A stretch of DNA of 51,655 nucleotides from Minisyncoccota bacterium. Lineage in GTDB: Bacteria > Patescibacteriota > Minisyncoccia > Phycocordibacterales > CAIZLB01. Within the stretch, counting starts at the first letter, position 1. Every line of letters starts with the position of its first letter. The stretch is taken from assembly GCA_036405975.1 (NCBI GenBank), contig DASWWM010000027.1:1-51655 (forward strand), read 5' to 3'. The notes beneath the pieces were generated by a model. It worked only from the letters and a program-made list of their open reading frames with translations, did not search any database and was not told where the DNA came from. The position numbers were made by a program, and so were the translations under genes. Below are positions 17,223 to 25,198 of the stretch, piece by piece.

Positions 17223-18065
17223 CTATCGATTCTTGCCAACCCGTCGTCGTGAGACGATAAGTCGGTTTGAATACTTCTTCGGCTTTCGAGACTTCTGTCC
17301 CTTGCCTGTTGGCTTTCCGTAGATAGAGATGGCTCGCTTTCGTCCTCGTCCCTGTCGGCCTTCACCTCCTCCGTGTGGATGATCCACAGGGTTCATGGCT
17401 GTACCTCGGACCGTAGGTCGAATACCTCGCCATCGGCTCTTTCCGGCCTTACCCCAGTTCTGGAGTCGGTTTTCATCGTTAGAGACTTCTCCGATAGTTG
17501 CCCATGCCGTATCGATGACCTTTCGGACTTCGGTAGATGGGAGCTTGATCTGAGCGTATCCTTCGTCCTGGGCGATGACTTCAGCGAAGTTTCCAGCTGA
17601 TCGTACGAGCTTCGAACCGCCTTCCGGCTTGAGTTCTAGGTTGTATACGAACGTTCCCACTGGAATATTCTTAAGAGGAAGCCGATTTCCAGTCTTGACT
17701 TCAGCCTTTTCAGCTACCAAGAATGTGTCCCCAGGCTTTACTGACTTAGGAACGATGACGTATCGCTTCTCACCGTCTGCATATACTGCAAGTCCGATAA
17801 AGGCTGTTCGGTTTGGATCGTATTCCACCGTGCTGAACTTAGCCTGGATATCCTTCTTGTTGTATACGAAGTCGATGTCTCGATACATTCGCTTGTTTCC
17901 TCCTCCCTTGTGCCGAGTCGTGATTCGGCCTCGGTTGTTTCGGCCCATAGATCGCTTGAATCCGTGCGTAAGAGGCTTATACGGCTCGTTAGTCGAGATA
18001 ACGCCTCGGTACGTGACCTTGGTCATATTTCGCCTAGACGGTGTTGTAGGTTTGAATCTTTTCAT
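17223..18065 (-). CDS. rplB: 50S ribosomal protein L2
   Basis: MNPVDHPHGGGEGR motif. Confidence 0.95.
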   Translation of the reverse strand: MKRFKPTTPSRRNMTKVTYRGVISTNEPYKPLTHGFKRSMGRNNRGRITTRHKGGGNKRMYRDIDFVYNKKDIQAKFSTVEYDPNRTAFIGLAVYADGEKRYVIVPKSVKPGDTFLVAEKAEVKTGNRLPLKNIPVGTFVYNLELKPEGGSKLVRSAGNFAEVIAQDEGYAQIKLPSTEVRKVIDTAWATIGEVSNDENRLQNWGKAGKSRWRGIRPTVRGTAMNPVDHPHGGGEGRQGRGRKRAISIYGKPTGKGQKSRKPKKYSNRLIVSRRRVGKNR

Positions 18066-18087
18066 AGTTTTGTATTACCGTATGGCT

Positions 18088-18381
18088 TTATGCTAATTCG
18101 ATCTTGTCGCCCTTTTTGAGAGTGACGTACGCCTTAACGACTCCGCCCTTAACTCCTCTTCGGCCTCGAACGATGACGTTCTTTGCAGGAGTCTTTGCGA
18201 TGTTCACGCCGGCCGGAGTGACCTTGTACAGGTTCTTCACGGCAGCCGAGATCGCAGACTTCGTAGCGCCTTTCGCGACTTCGAATACGTAGACGTTTCG
18301 CTCTGATGCGAGAGCCGCCTTTTCAGTGATTCGAGGTCCCTTGAGTACGTCAACGACATGCTTTCCAATTGAAGTAGTCAT
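18088..18381 (-). CDS. rplW: 50S ribosomal protein L23
   Basis: Operon position. VFEVAKGATKSAISAAVKNLY. Confidence 0.92.
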   Translation of the reverse strand: MTTSIGKHVVDVLKGPRITEKAALASERNVYVFEVAKGATKSAISAAVKNLYKVTPAGVNIAKTPAKNVIVRGRRGVKGGVVKAYVTLKKGDKIELA

Positions 18382-18382
18382 A

Positions 18383-19084
18383 TTAGTTCATCTTAGAAGT
18401 AAGAGTTTTAATTGACTCTTCAGGAGAAGCAAGCACTACGTACTTGTACTTGAGAAGAGCTACCGGGTTGATGTTTCGAACCTCCATTACTTCGAGATTG
18501 CCCATGTTCTGGAAACCTCTTTTCGTGTTCTCATCAAGCTTTGGTACCGCGATAAGCGCGGCATTGTTTCGTCGAACAGGAAGCTTCTCGAATCCAGAGA
18601 TGGTTCCGAGCTTCGAAAGGACTGACTTCGCCTGCTTCGTCTTTGACTCAGCAAGAGCGAAAGAGTCGAGGATGATCATTTCGCCATCTCGCAACTTTCC
18701 AGAAAGGATAGTGTAGAGGGCCTTTGCCTTCATCTTCTTGTTGATCTTTCGAGTGTAATCCTTGTCGTTTCGAGGACCATGAGCGACGCCTCCACCTACC
18801 CAAATCGGAGATCTAGTAGATCCGTGTCGTGCCCGTCCGGTTCCCTTCTGCTTCCAAGGCTTCTTTCCTCCTCCTCGCACTTCGCCTCGAGTCTTCGTGT
18901 GAGCAACTGGCTGTCGTGCAGATGACTGCATTGACGTTACCACCTGGTGCACGAGATCCGCGTTCCATGAGAGTCCGAAGATTTCAGCAGGAAGAGCAAG
19001 CGTGTTAACGCTCTTTCCTTCCTGGTTGTATACCTTCACTTCAATGTTCTCGGCTTTTGAAGCTTTTGTTGTTTTCTTTGCCAT
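18383..19084 (-). CDS. rplD: 50S ribosomal protein L4
   Basis: KTRGEVRGGGKKPWKQKGTGRARHGS. Confidence 0.94.
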   Translation of the reverse strand: MAKKTTKASKAENIEVKVYNQEGKSVNTLALPAEIFGLSWNADLVHQVVTSMQSSARQPVAHTKTRGEVRGGGKKPWKQKGTGRARHGSTRSPIWVGGGVAHGPRNDKDYTRKINKKMKAKALYTILSGKLRDGEMIILDSFALAESKTKQAKSVLSKLGTISGFEKLPVRRNNAALIAVPKLDENTKRGFQNMGNLEVMEVRNINPVALLKYKYVVLASPEESIKTLTSKMN

Positions 19085-19103
19085 AATTTTATATTAGTGA
19101 AGA

Positions 19104-19700
19104 TTAACCCTGGATTTCGACAAGCGTACCGTTTCGGCCAGGAATAGCGCCTCGGATGTAGATCTGCTTGAGATCCTTATCATAAGACATTACTACAAGG
19201 TTCTTGACGGTAACTCTGTCACCTCCCATTCGACCGGCCATTTTTCGGCCCTTGAATACTCGCTGGTATCCTCCCGCTCCGATTGATCCAGGCTCTCGCT
19301 CAGAATGCTTCTGACCGTGAGACCGAGGACCTCCGTGGAAACCGTGTCGCTTGACTACTCCCTGGAAGCCTTTTGACTTCGAGATAGCAGATACCGTCAC
19401 GATGTCTCCGGCCTCGAGAGTGGATTCGATAGTCGCTCCTACGTCAGCAGCAGCGCTACCTGCGATTTCCTTCAGATGAAGGAAATTCCCACCTTTCATA
19501 TGACCTGTAAGAGGCTTGTTGATTCGCTTCGCTTTTTTAGTTCCGAAGCCAACCTGTACCGCCTCATATCCATCCTTGAGTTTGGATTTCACTTGAGTCA
19601 CGACCATGTCATCAGCCTTTACGACTGTGACTGGATGCACCTTGCCGTCCTCATCGAAGAGTTGGGTCATGTGCTGTTTTGTTCCAAGAATGAATTTCAT
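19104..19700 (-). CDS. rplC: 50S ribosomal protein L3
   Basis: ISKSKGFQGVVKRHGF motif. Confidence 0.94.
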   Translation of the reverse strand: MKFILGTKQHMTQLFDEDGKVHPVTVVKADDMVVTQVKSKLKDGYEAVQVGFGTKKAKRINKPLTGHMKGGNFLHLKEIAGSAAADVGATIESTLEAGDIVTVSAISKSKGFQGVVKRHGFHGGPRSHGQKHSEREPGSIGAGGYQRVFKGRKMAGRMGGDRVTVKNLVVMSYDKDLKQIYIRGAIPGRNGTLVEIQG

Positions 19701-19742
19701 GATTTTTAACTAGGCTAATCTGTTGAATGTGCGAGCTTTCGC

Positions 19743-20099
19743 TTACATCATCTTCACATCAATGTTGACGCCTGAAGGAAGGCTAAGATTAGTCAAAGCT
19801 TCAATGACCTTCGCAGATGGATTCACGATATCGAGAAGTCGCTTGTGCACTCGCATTTCGAACTGCTCTCGCGCGTTCTTGTAAACGAACGATGAACGGT
19901 TAACGGTGTAGATTCGCTTCTCCGTTGGGAGAGGAACCGGACCGAGCACAGTAGCGTCATATCGAAGGGCCGTGTCCATGATCTGCTTGATCGAAGCGTC
20001 GATTATCTTCGATTCGTAAGCTCGAATCCTGATTCGGAGCTTAGAAACACCATCTTCCTTGGCTGTCTTCTTTTTTGTTGTTTCTTTTGTTGCAGCCAT
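19743..20099 (-). CDS. rpsJ: 30S ribosomal protein S10
   Basis: LRIRIRAYESKIID...LPTEKRIYTVNRSSFVYKNAREQFEMRVHKRL. Confidence 0.94.
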   Translation of the reverse strand: MAATKETTKKKTAKEDGVSKLRIRIRAYESKIIDASIKQIMDTALRYDATVLGPVPLPTEKRIYTVNRSSFVYKNAREQFEMRVHKRLLDIVNPSAKVIEALTNLSLPSGVNIDVKMM

Positions 20100-20149
20100 G
20101 ATGAGCTATGTAATTAATTATGCGCAGTTTCGAAGAGCGCCGCCTAAAG

Positions 20150-21340
20150 TTAGGCTACGATCTTTGTTACTACACCCGCACCTACAGTCTTGCCTCCTTC
20201 TCGGATAGCGAGTCGCTGCTTGTCTTCGAGAGCGATAGGAGCTACGAGCTTTACCTTGAACGTAACTGTGTCACCAGGCATAACCATCTCTACGCCTTCA
20301 GCGAGAGTTACTTCACCTGTAACGTCAGTAGTTCGTACGTAGAACTGTGGCTTGTATCCAGAGAAGAACGGAGTATGTCGTCCTCCTTCTTCCTTCTTGA
20401 GGATGTAAACTTCAGCTTCGAACTCAGTGTGAGGCTTAACAGATCCAACCTTCGCGATAACCTGTCCTCGTGTAAGGTCTTCCTTCTTAGCGCCTCGGAG
20501 GAGGATACCTGCGTTGTCGCCGGCCTGTCCTTCATTGAGCTGCTTGTTGAACATTTCGATACCTGTAACAGTCGTCTTAGTTGTATCCTTGAGACCGACG
20601 ATTTCGATTTCTTCACCAACCTTTACGATACCCTTTTCGATCTTTCCTGTTACTACAGTTCCTCGTCCTTCGATAGAGAAGATGTCTTCGATAGGCATAA
20701 GGAAAGGCTTGTCAGTTTCTCGAACTGGAACCGGGATGTATGTGTCGAGAGCGTTTGCGAGCTCAAGAACCTTCTGTGACCACTGGTCATCAGTTCCTGT
20801 AGCTTCAAGCGCCTTGAGGGCTGAACCTCGGATAACTGGAGCGTTTTCGTCGAAACCGTTCTTCTCGAGGAGTTCTCGGATTTCAGCTTCTACGAGGTCG
20901 AGCATGTCTGCATCTTCAACCATATCGCACTTGTTGAGGAATACGATGATCTTAGGTACACCTACCTGCTTAGCGAGGAGAACGTGCTCTCGCGTCTGTG
21001 GCATCGCACCGTCAGTTGCTGCTACCACGAGGATAGCACCGTCCATCTGAGCCGCACCGGTGATCATGTTCTTGATGTAGTCGGCGTGACCAGGGGCGTC
21101 GATGTGAGCGTAGTGTCGAGCCGCTGTCGCGTACTCAGAGTGTGAGAGCGAGATAGTGATTCCTCGAGCCTTTTCTTCAGGGGCCTTGTCAATTTCATTG
21201 ACGTTCTTAAGAGTTACCTGATTTCCCGCTCGGTGAAGAACGTTCAAGATAGCCGCTGTAAGAGTAGTCTTTCCGTGGTCTACGTGTCCGATTGTACCTA
21301 CGTTTAGGTGAGGTTTTGATCGATCAAAAGCTTCTGCCAT
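20150..21340 (-). CDS. tuf: elongation factor Tu
   Basis: [18 protein letters not shown] and NKCD motifs. 396 aa. Confidence 0.97.
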   Translation of the reverse strand: MAEAFDRSKPHLNVGTIGHVDHGKTTLTAAILNVLHRAGNQVTLKNVNEIDKAPEEKARGITISLSHSEYATAARHYAHIDAPGHADYIKNMITGAAQMDGAILVVAATDGAMPQTREHVLLAKQVGVPKIIVFLNKCDMVEDADMLDLVEAEIRELLEKNGFDENAPVIRGSALKALEATGTDDQWSQKVLELANALDTYIPVPVRETDKPFLMPIEDIFSIEGRGTVVTGKIEKGIVKVGEEIEIVGLKDTTKTTVTGIEMFNKQLNEGQAGDNAGILLRGAKKEDLTRGQVIAKVGSVKPHTEFEAEVYILKKEEGGRHTPFFSGYKPQFYVRTTDVTGEVTLAEGVEMVMPGDTVTFKVKLVAPIALEDKQRLAIREGGKTVGAGVVTKIVA

Positions 21341-21588
21341 ATGTTTTGTTGATTAATTGCCATCTTTAAGCGTCTTTCGAGGCAGTATTTCGCCTCGTCG
21401 ACCACTTCAAGTTTCCAATTAAATAATTAATTTATTTTTATAATTATTATCGGTAGTGCTTTGCCTGCTTGGTTTCAAATATCCTTGTTTAGAGGGCTAT
21501 TTTAGGAAACGGCTGAGCAAAGGTGCCAGATAAAAAAGCGCCGAAACGCCGTATAGGTGATAGTACCAAATAAGCCAATAAAGTCAAT

Positions 21589-21612
21589 AAAAAAGCCCTG
21601 AAATCAGGGTCT
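21589..21612 (-). terminator. small hairpin plus T6 (minus strand)
   Basis: Minus strand reads accctgatttcagggctttttt. Confidence 0.55.
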
Positions 21613-21640
21613 GGGCACTATCAAGGCCATCAGAGTAATA

Positions 21641-21682
21641 GAAAAAGGCCGGACCTACACGTGGAATATGCATGTCCGGCCT
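21641..21682 (-). terminator. intrinsic terminator after the 149-aa ORF
   Basis: aggccggac / gtccggcct 9-bp arms, then TTTTC on the minus strand. Confidence 0.65.
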
Positions 21683-21746
21683 TAGATAACCGGCATCAGC
21701 CAACCTTCCAGAGCATTGCTGCTACTGAACAGGGCCCTATGGGAGC

Positions 21747-22196
21747 CTAGGATGGCATAACGACGCCGGCAGCAACCGTCTCTCGGGCGCCATAAGGCGC
21801 CGTATCTCCCGCATGGTGAAGTTGGACGAAGTGGATGTGCCTTTCAGCGACAACCGTCTCTCGACAGGCGCTAAGCGCCGGTGTGCCCTCCATTTCATGA
21901 TCGCGCAGCAGCAAGGCCGCGGAATCGTAGTTACCGCCGATGCGGATGACGAGCACTGCCTGCAAGCAGGCTGCCGACTGGAGCAATGCAGGCTCTTGCG
22001 AGCCGCACAGCATGACATCGTCCGACCATGGGTCGAAAAACGCCGTATTCCCTTGTTCTGGTTGAATGACCAGCTCGTTCAGGTCAACCGCGATATGCGG
22101 AGGACCTGTTGAGTACCGATCACCGGCTTGTGCCGTGAAGCACAGTCCAACCAGAGCCGCTGACATCAGAACCGCTGTGGTACAGTGGCGTCTCAT
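21747..22196 (-). CDS. hypothetical secreted protein (149 aa, 5 Cys)
   Basis: Signal-peptide-like N-terminus ...MSAALVGLCFTAQA/GD. Promoter upstream and two terminators downstream on the same strand. Local GC looks higher than in the flanks. Confidence 0.5.
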   Translation of the reverse strand: MRRHCTTAVLMSAALVGLCFTAQAGDRYSTGPPHIAVDLNELVIQPEQGNTAFFDPWSDDVMLCGSQEPALLQSAACLQAVLVIRIGGNYDSAALLLRDHEMEGTPALSACRETVVAERHIHFVQLHHAGDTAPYGARETVAAGVVMPS

Positions 22197-22338
22197 TGGC
22201 TTCTTTCTGGGTTATTGCTTGGTTTGCTTGTTTGTTTGCCGCCCTCATTTGGCTTGTAAGACCATCTGCGGGCGGACATTTGTACGCTGAGTATCACCCC
22301 AGCGAAAGTTTAGGGCTTGCTGGGACCCATTAGGTGGA

Positions 22339-22366
22339 AATATACACCCAAAGTTCATAATTGCAA
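22339..22366 (-). promoter_or_regulatory. sigma70-type promoter (TTGCAA-16-TATATT) for the 149-aa ORF, with a ~135-nt leader
   Basis: Minus strand reads cTTGCAAttatgaactttgggtgTATATTtcc. Confidence 0.45.
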
Positions 22367-22367
22367 G

Positions 22368-22387
22368 AAAAAAGCCCCGGAAGGAGC
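22368..22387 (-). terminator. weak hairpin (gcccc ggaa ggagc) plus T6, a possible terminator of the 44-aa ORF unit
   Basis: Four GC pairs with one mismatch. T-run on the minus strand. Confidence 0.3.
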
Positions 22388-22489
22388 AGTCCAGCGCATA
22401 GCGTTATTTTGAGACCCTGTTCGGGAATCTAGTATCGACATGCCCTGGACGTTCTTCCGGGACCGTTCTAGGTTTGGTCAGTAACTCCC

Positions 22490-22624
22490 TTACAGGTCGT
22501 AAGGGTCAGGGCGCCACCGAAGCGGCGTCCTGGGAACTTTGCCGAGCGAACCCGGAGGTCCGGTTGAGCCTTTGTCGAGATAGTGCACGACGCGACTGAA
22601 GACCGGAGCAAGGGGTGCTTTCAT
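22490..22624 (-). CDS. small ORF, 44 aa, Pro/Gly/Arg-rich (MKAPLAPVFSRVVHYLDKGSTGPPGSLGKVPRTPLRWRPDPYDL)
   Basis: Own base-by-base translation. GGAGGT lies 8 nt upstream of the ATG. Promoter is at 22743-22771. The hairpin cccttac/gtaaggg overlaps the stop. Confidence 0.4.
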   Translation of the reverse strand: MKAPLAPVFSRVVHYLDKGSTGPPGSLGKVPRTPLRWRPDPYDL

Positions 22625-22742
22625 AGGTTTTAACCTCCACGTTTCTATACTGACGATTGTGTGCAATTTCAGGGTATCCGGACGTATTTAAAGATGTCCG
22701 GGCCTATAACTTGTATTCACCTCTTAGTGAGCAAGCGCCTAC

Positions 22743-22771
22743 ATACTAAACTGCGCATTGAAAATTCGCAA
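22743..22771 (-). promoter_or_regulatory. sigma70-type promoter (TTGCGA-17-TAGTAT) for the 44-aa ORF unit
   Basis: Minus strand reads tTTGCGAattttcaatgcgcagttTAGTATgt. Confidence 0.4.
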
Positions 22772-22772
22772 A

Positions 22773-22800
22773 CCCGACCCTTTTCTATGCAGCAGTCGGG
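22773..22800 (-). terminator. 6-bp hairpin (cccgac/gtcggg) spanning the mpl stop codon, T-rich tail
   Basis: Weak stem with a 16-nt loop. Confidence 0.3.
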
Positions 22801-24365
22801 AACTTTGTCTGAAGCGCGGTAATGAGCTTTCCGTGCACGCCATCGAATGAGCCATTGCTCATGATGACAACGACATCGCCGGACCTGAGACCTGGAACGA
22901 GTCGCTCGAGAGCTTCGTCTCCATTTGAAACGCAGAAGGCCTGGACCTCTTTGCCTCTGGCGGCACCGTCCGCTTTTACTTTCTCAATGACGGTGCCACC
23001 GTCGATGAAGTCGGCAGGATTGTCATTGTGCCGCAAGGCAGGCATCGAAAGGCAGAGCACGTCCGCAGAACTGAATGCATGGCTATACGGATCCTCAAAC
23101 ATTTTCTTTCTGCTGGTATTCGAACGCGGTTCGAACAGTGCAATGATCCTTCTATCTGAAAATCGTTCCTTGATGCCGGCAAGCGTCTCATGAACGGCAG
23201 TCGGGTGATGTGCGAAGTCATCAATTACCAATACGCCGTTGATATTTGCTCGAATTTCCTGCCTTCGCTTCATTCCAATGAAAGTACTGAGACCGGCTCT
23301 GATCTCATCGGCAGAGAGGTTCTCGTGAAGCGCAGCGGCCATGACAGACAGGGCGTTTGCGATATTGTATCTTCCGAAAAGCTTGATTGTAAATCTTCCG
23401 AAATCATTTCCCTTATATGAGACGTCGAAATGCTGACCGTCGGCATCCACGGTTATATTCCCAGCCTTGATGTCGCAGCCTTCAGTAAAGCCGTATCGCA
23501 CAACTTGAGCGTCAGCGTATTGCGCGAGTGCCGCAACCTCTTCGATGTCTCCATTAAGAATGAGAAGTCCGCCTTTTGCAGTTTCCTGAGCGAGAAAAAT
23601 GAATGACTGCTTATACTCTTCGAAATCGGCATAGATGTCAGCATGGTCAAATTCCAGAGAAGTGATGATGCTGATTTTCGGCTTATACAAAAGAAACTTT
23701 GGAGACTTGTCGAAATACGCAGTATCGTATTCGTCGCCTTCGATAATGAAATGCCTTGTGCTGGAATTTCCAGCGCTGAAGCTCGTCTCTTTGATTCCAT
23801 TCTCTGTTGGCACCGCCACTCCTCCCACAAGAAAGCCAGGATTCTTTCCAGCACTCAAGAATACATGAGCCGCCATCCCTGTTGTTGTCGTCTTTCCATG
23901 CGTTCCGCATACGACGATGGACGTCCTGTCTTTTATGAAAAATTCCGTGATGGCCTCAGGCATCGAAACCTGATTCAACCCCTGCTCTCTTGCAGCCTTC
24001 GCTTCGATATCGTTCGGACCGAACATGTTCGCAACGACAACCAGATCCTTCCCTTGCAAATTTTCAGGCGCGAATCCTTCATGGAACTTGATACCAAGAC
24101 GCTCGATCAGGTCGCTCGCCGGAGGATAGCATCCCTGGTCCGACCCGGAGACCTCGTAACCGGCTTCTGCAAAGAGCCCGGCGAGCGAAGATGTCGCCTT
24201 TCCGCAAACTCCCGAGATATGTACCTTCCTGATTTTTCCTTCCGCCTCAAGTGCTGCAATTTCCGCAATGCTCGGCCTGTCAAATATTCTTTCGCTGACT
24301 GTTTCGGTTCGTTCGGCAATCCGTCTGAGTTTGGCGTCAAAGAACGCTCGGGCTTCTTGTTTCAT
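22785..24365 (-). CDS. mpl: UDP-N-acetylmuramate:L-alanyl-gamma-D-glutamyl-meso-DAP ligase (Mpl-type Mur ligase) with a ~45-aa N-terminal extension
   Basis: HISGVCGKATSSLAGLFAEAGYEVSGSDQGCYPPAS resembles the Mpl N-terminus (HILGICGTFMGGLA...GSD..YPPMS). P-loop CGTHGKTTTT. Separating Mpl from MurC needs an HMM. Confidence 0.7.
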   Translation of the reverse strand: MKQEARAFFDAKLRRIAERTETVSERIFDRPSIAEIAALEAEGKIRKVHISGVCGKATSSLAGLFAEAGYEVSGSDQGCYPPASDLIERLGIKFHEGFAPENLQGKDLVVVANMFGPNDIEAKAAREQGLNQVSMPEAITEFFIKDRTSIVVCGTHGKTTTTGMAAHVFLSAGKNPGFLVGGVAVPTENGIKETSFSAGNSSTRHFIIEGDEYDTAYFDKSPKFLLYKPKISIITSLEFDHADIYADFEEYKQSFIFLAQETAKGGLLILNGDIEEVAALAQYADAQVVRYGFTEGCDIKAGNITVDADGQHFDVSYKGNDFGRFTIKLFGRYNIANALSVMAAALHENLSADEIRAGLSTFIGMKRRQEIRANINGVLVIDDFAHHPTAVHETLAGIKERFSDRRIIALFEPRSNTSRKKMFEDPYSHAFSSADVLCLSMPALRHNDNPADFIDGGTVIEKVKADGAARGKEVQAFCVSNGDEALERLVPGLRSGDVVVIMSNGSFDGVHGKLITALQTKFPTAA

Positions 24366-24373
24366 ATCGGTCC

Positions 24374-24402
24374 ATTCTAGTACATTTGACTGACCAGCCC
24401 AA
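24374..24402 (-). promoter_or_regulatory. promoter TTGGGC-17-TAGAAT, with the -10 box 8 nt upstream of the mpl ATG
   Basis: Minus strand reads tTTGGGCtggtcagtcaaatgtacTAGAATggaccgatATG. Confidence 0.5.
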
Positions 24403-24553
24403 ATCTTAATGACCTATTGCAATTTTGGTTTCATATGATTTAATATTCCCGTCATTTAGTTTTGCCACACCGCAAAAGCGTGACCAAGGCTGCAAGAGTA
24501 GCTAGCAACCAACAAATAAGGAGTAACGTCTTCCCTAGAGCTTTTCAGCCGGG

Positions 24554-25000
24554 GTGATGCCGGTTGCCAAGTTCTTTGTGAATAGTAGAAAGAGGAAAAA
24601 GTTGAAATTAAGCCATTTTTCAGTAGGAGCAGCATCGCCAGCCATCGCGGCAAATCTGCTCGCATTGCATTTTGGATACATGCGCGTGTCCAAGGACGAC
24701 TCAATCCAACGAGAAATCCTGAAAGACCCAAACGGTGAGTTCATGGAAATCAACAAGATCAAAGATCCAACGAAATCGACGCATATCGGATTCGTCTTTG
24801 ACAATGCAGCTTTGGCGCTCGCCAAATTCCAGGAACTCTGTCACGAGGACCGGGACGCCGTCGAGAACGCCGAGGCCGTTAAGGTCCCCGTTAAGCCGGC
24901 GAAGAAAGCGTGGCCCCTTGAAGGGACCATCACTTTCGTCCTCAAAGGAGGCATATGGATCGAGTTCCACTGGGGCTCATTCCTTGCCGCCCACGAGTAA
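24554..25000 (+). CDS. hypothetical protein (<=148 aa; start uncertain)
   Basis: Longest ORF in the gap, followed by a strong + strand terminator. Candidate starts are GTG 24554, ATG 24557, or TTG 24602 (preceded by GAGGA at 5 nt). Confidence 0.5.
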   Translation: MMPVAKFFVNSRKRKKLKLSHFSVGAASPAIAANLLALHFGYMRVSKDDSIQREILKDPNGEFMEINKIKDPTKSTHIGFVFDNAALALAKFQELCHEDRDAVENAEAVKVPVKPAKKAWPLEGTITFVLKGGIWIEFHWGSFLAAHE

Positions 25001-25018
25001 CTAAGCCCTTTCCTCCTG

Positions 25019-25061
25019 CCGCAGCGCTATTGCATAAAAAGCAATCCGCTGCGGTTTTTTT
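25019..25061 (+). terminator. intrinsic terminator
   Basis: ccgcagcg...cgctgcgg followed by T7. Confidence 0.85.
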
Positions 25062-25090
25062 ATTTGGCAGATTTTTGTGTCTGAGATATG

Positions 25091-25198
25091 GCATATAAAA
25101 CAAAAAGCCTCGTAGAGAGACTTGTGAGTTGCAACGAGCAGAGGGAAATTTCAGTAGAAATTTCCCGTTCTCTCGGAGAGGCTTTTTGTTTTATATGC
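25091..25198 (-). terminator. 108-nt compound hairpin abutting the fusA stop codon
   Basis: Perfect 21-bp outer arms gcatataaaacaaaaagcctc / gaggctttttgttttatatgc. Inner hairpin gggaaatttc agta gaaatttccc. Confidence 0.6.

Noticed and set aside
20120-20779. Long antisense ORFs opposite well-supported genes. This one is 219 aa opposite tuf. Others are 3594..4196 (opposite map), 5780..6259 (anti-sigma), 23643..24380 (mpl), 38836..39510 (pgk/tpiA), 47688..48068 and 48126..48743 (nusA), 49451..49978 (tig), and 50857..51510 (rsmE).
   Set aside because: Their products are Ser/Arg/Cys/Leu-rich with no recognisable motifs. Each fully overlaps a gene with strong family signatures. The most likely cause is sense-strand codon bias removing stops from the antisense frames.
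21813-22290. + strand ORFs 21813..22112 (99 aa) and 22066..22290 (74 aa), and the alternative minus-frame ORF 21737..22018, inside the higher-GC cassette.
   Set aside because: The flanking promoter-like elements and all three terminators are oriented for minus-strand transcription. Only the 149-aa minus frame has a signal-peptide-like N-terminus. Multiple open frames are expected in GC-richer DNA. This is not fully excluded.
22368-22392. gccccGGAAggagcag resembles the SRP RNA domain IV apical motif (..CCGGAAGGAAGCAGC..).
   Set aside because: The flanking sequence does not form the conserved symmetric and asymmetric loops or a long closing helix. On the minus strand it is simply a short hairpin followed by T6, so it looks like a terminator.
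22551-22572. ccggaggtccggttgagcc looks vaguely like a tRNA/tmRNA T-arm.
   Set aside because: No acceptor, D or anticodon arm can be drawn around it. There is no CCA or tag-ORF context. It lies inside the 44-aa ORF.
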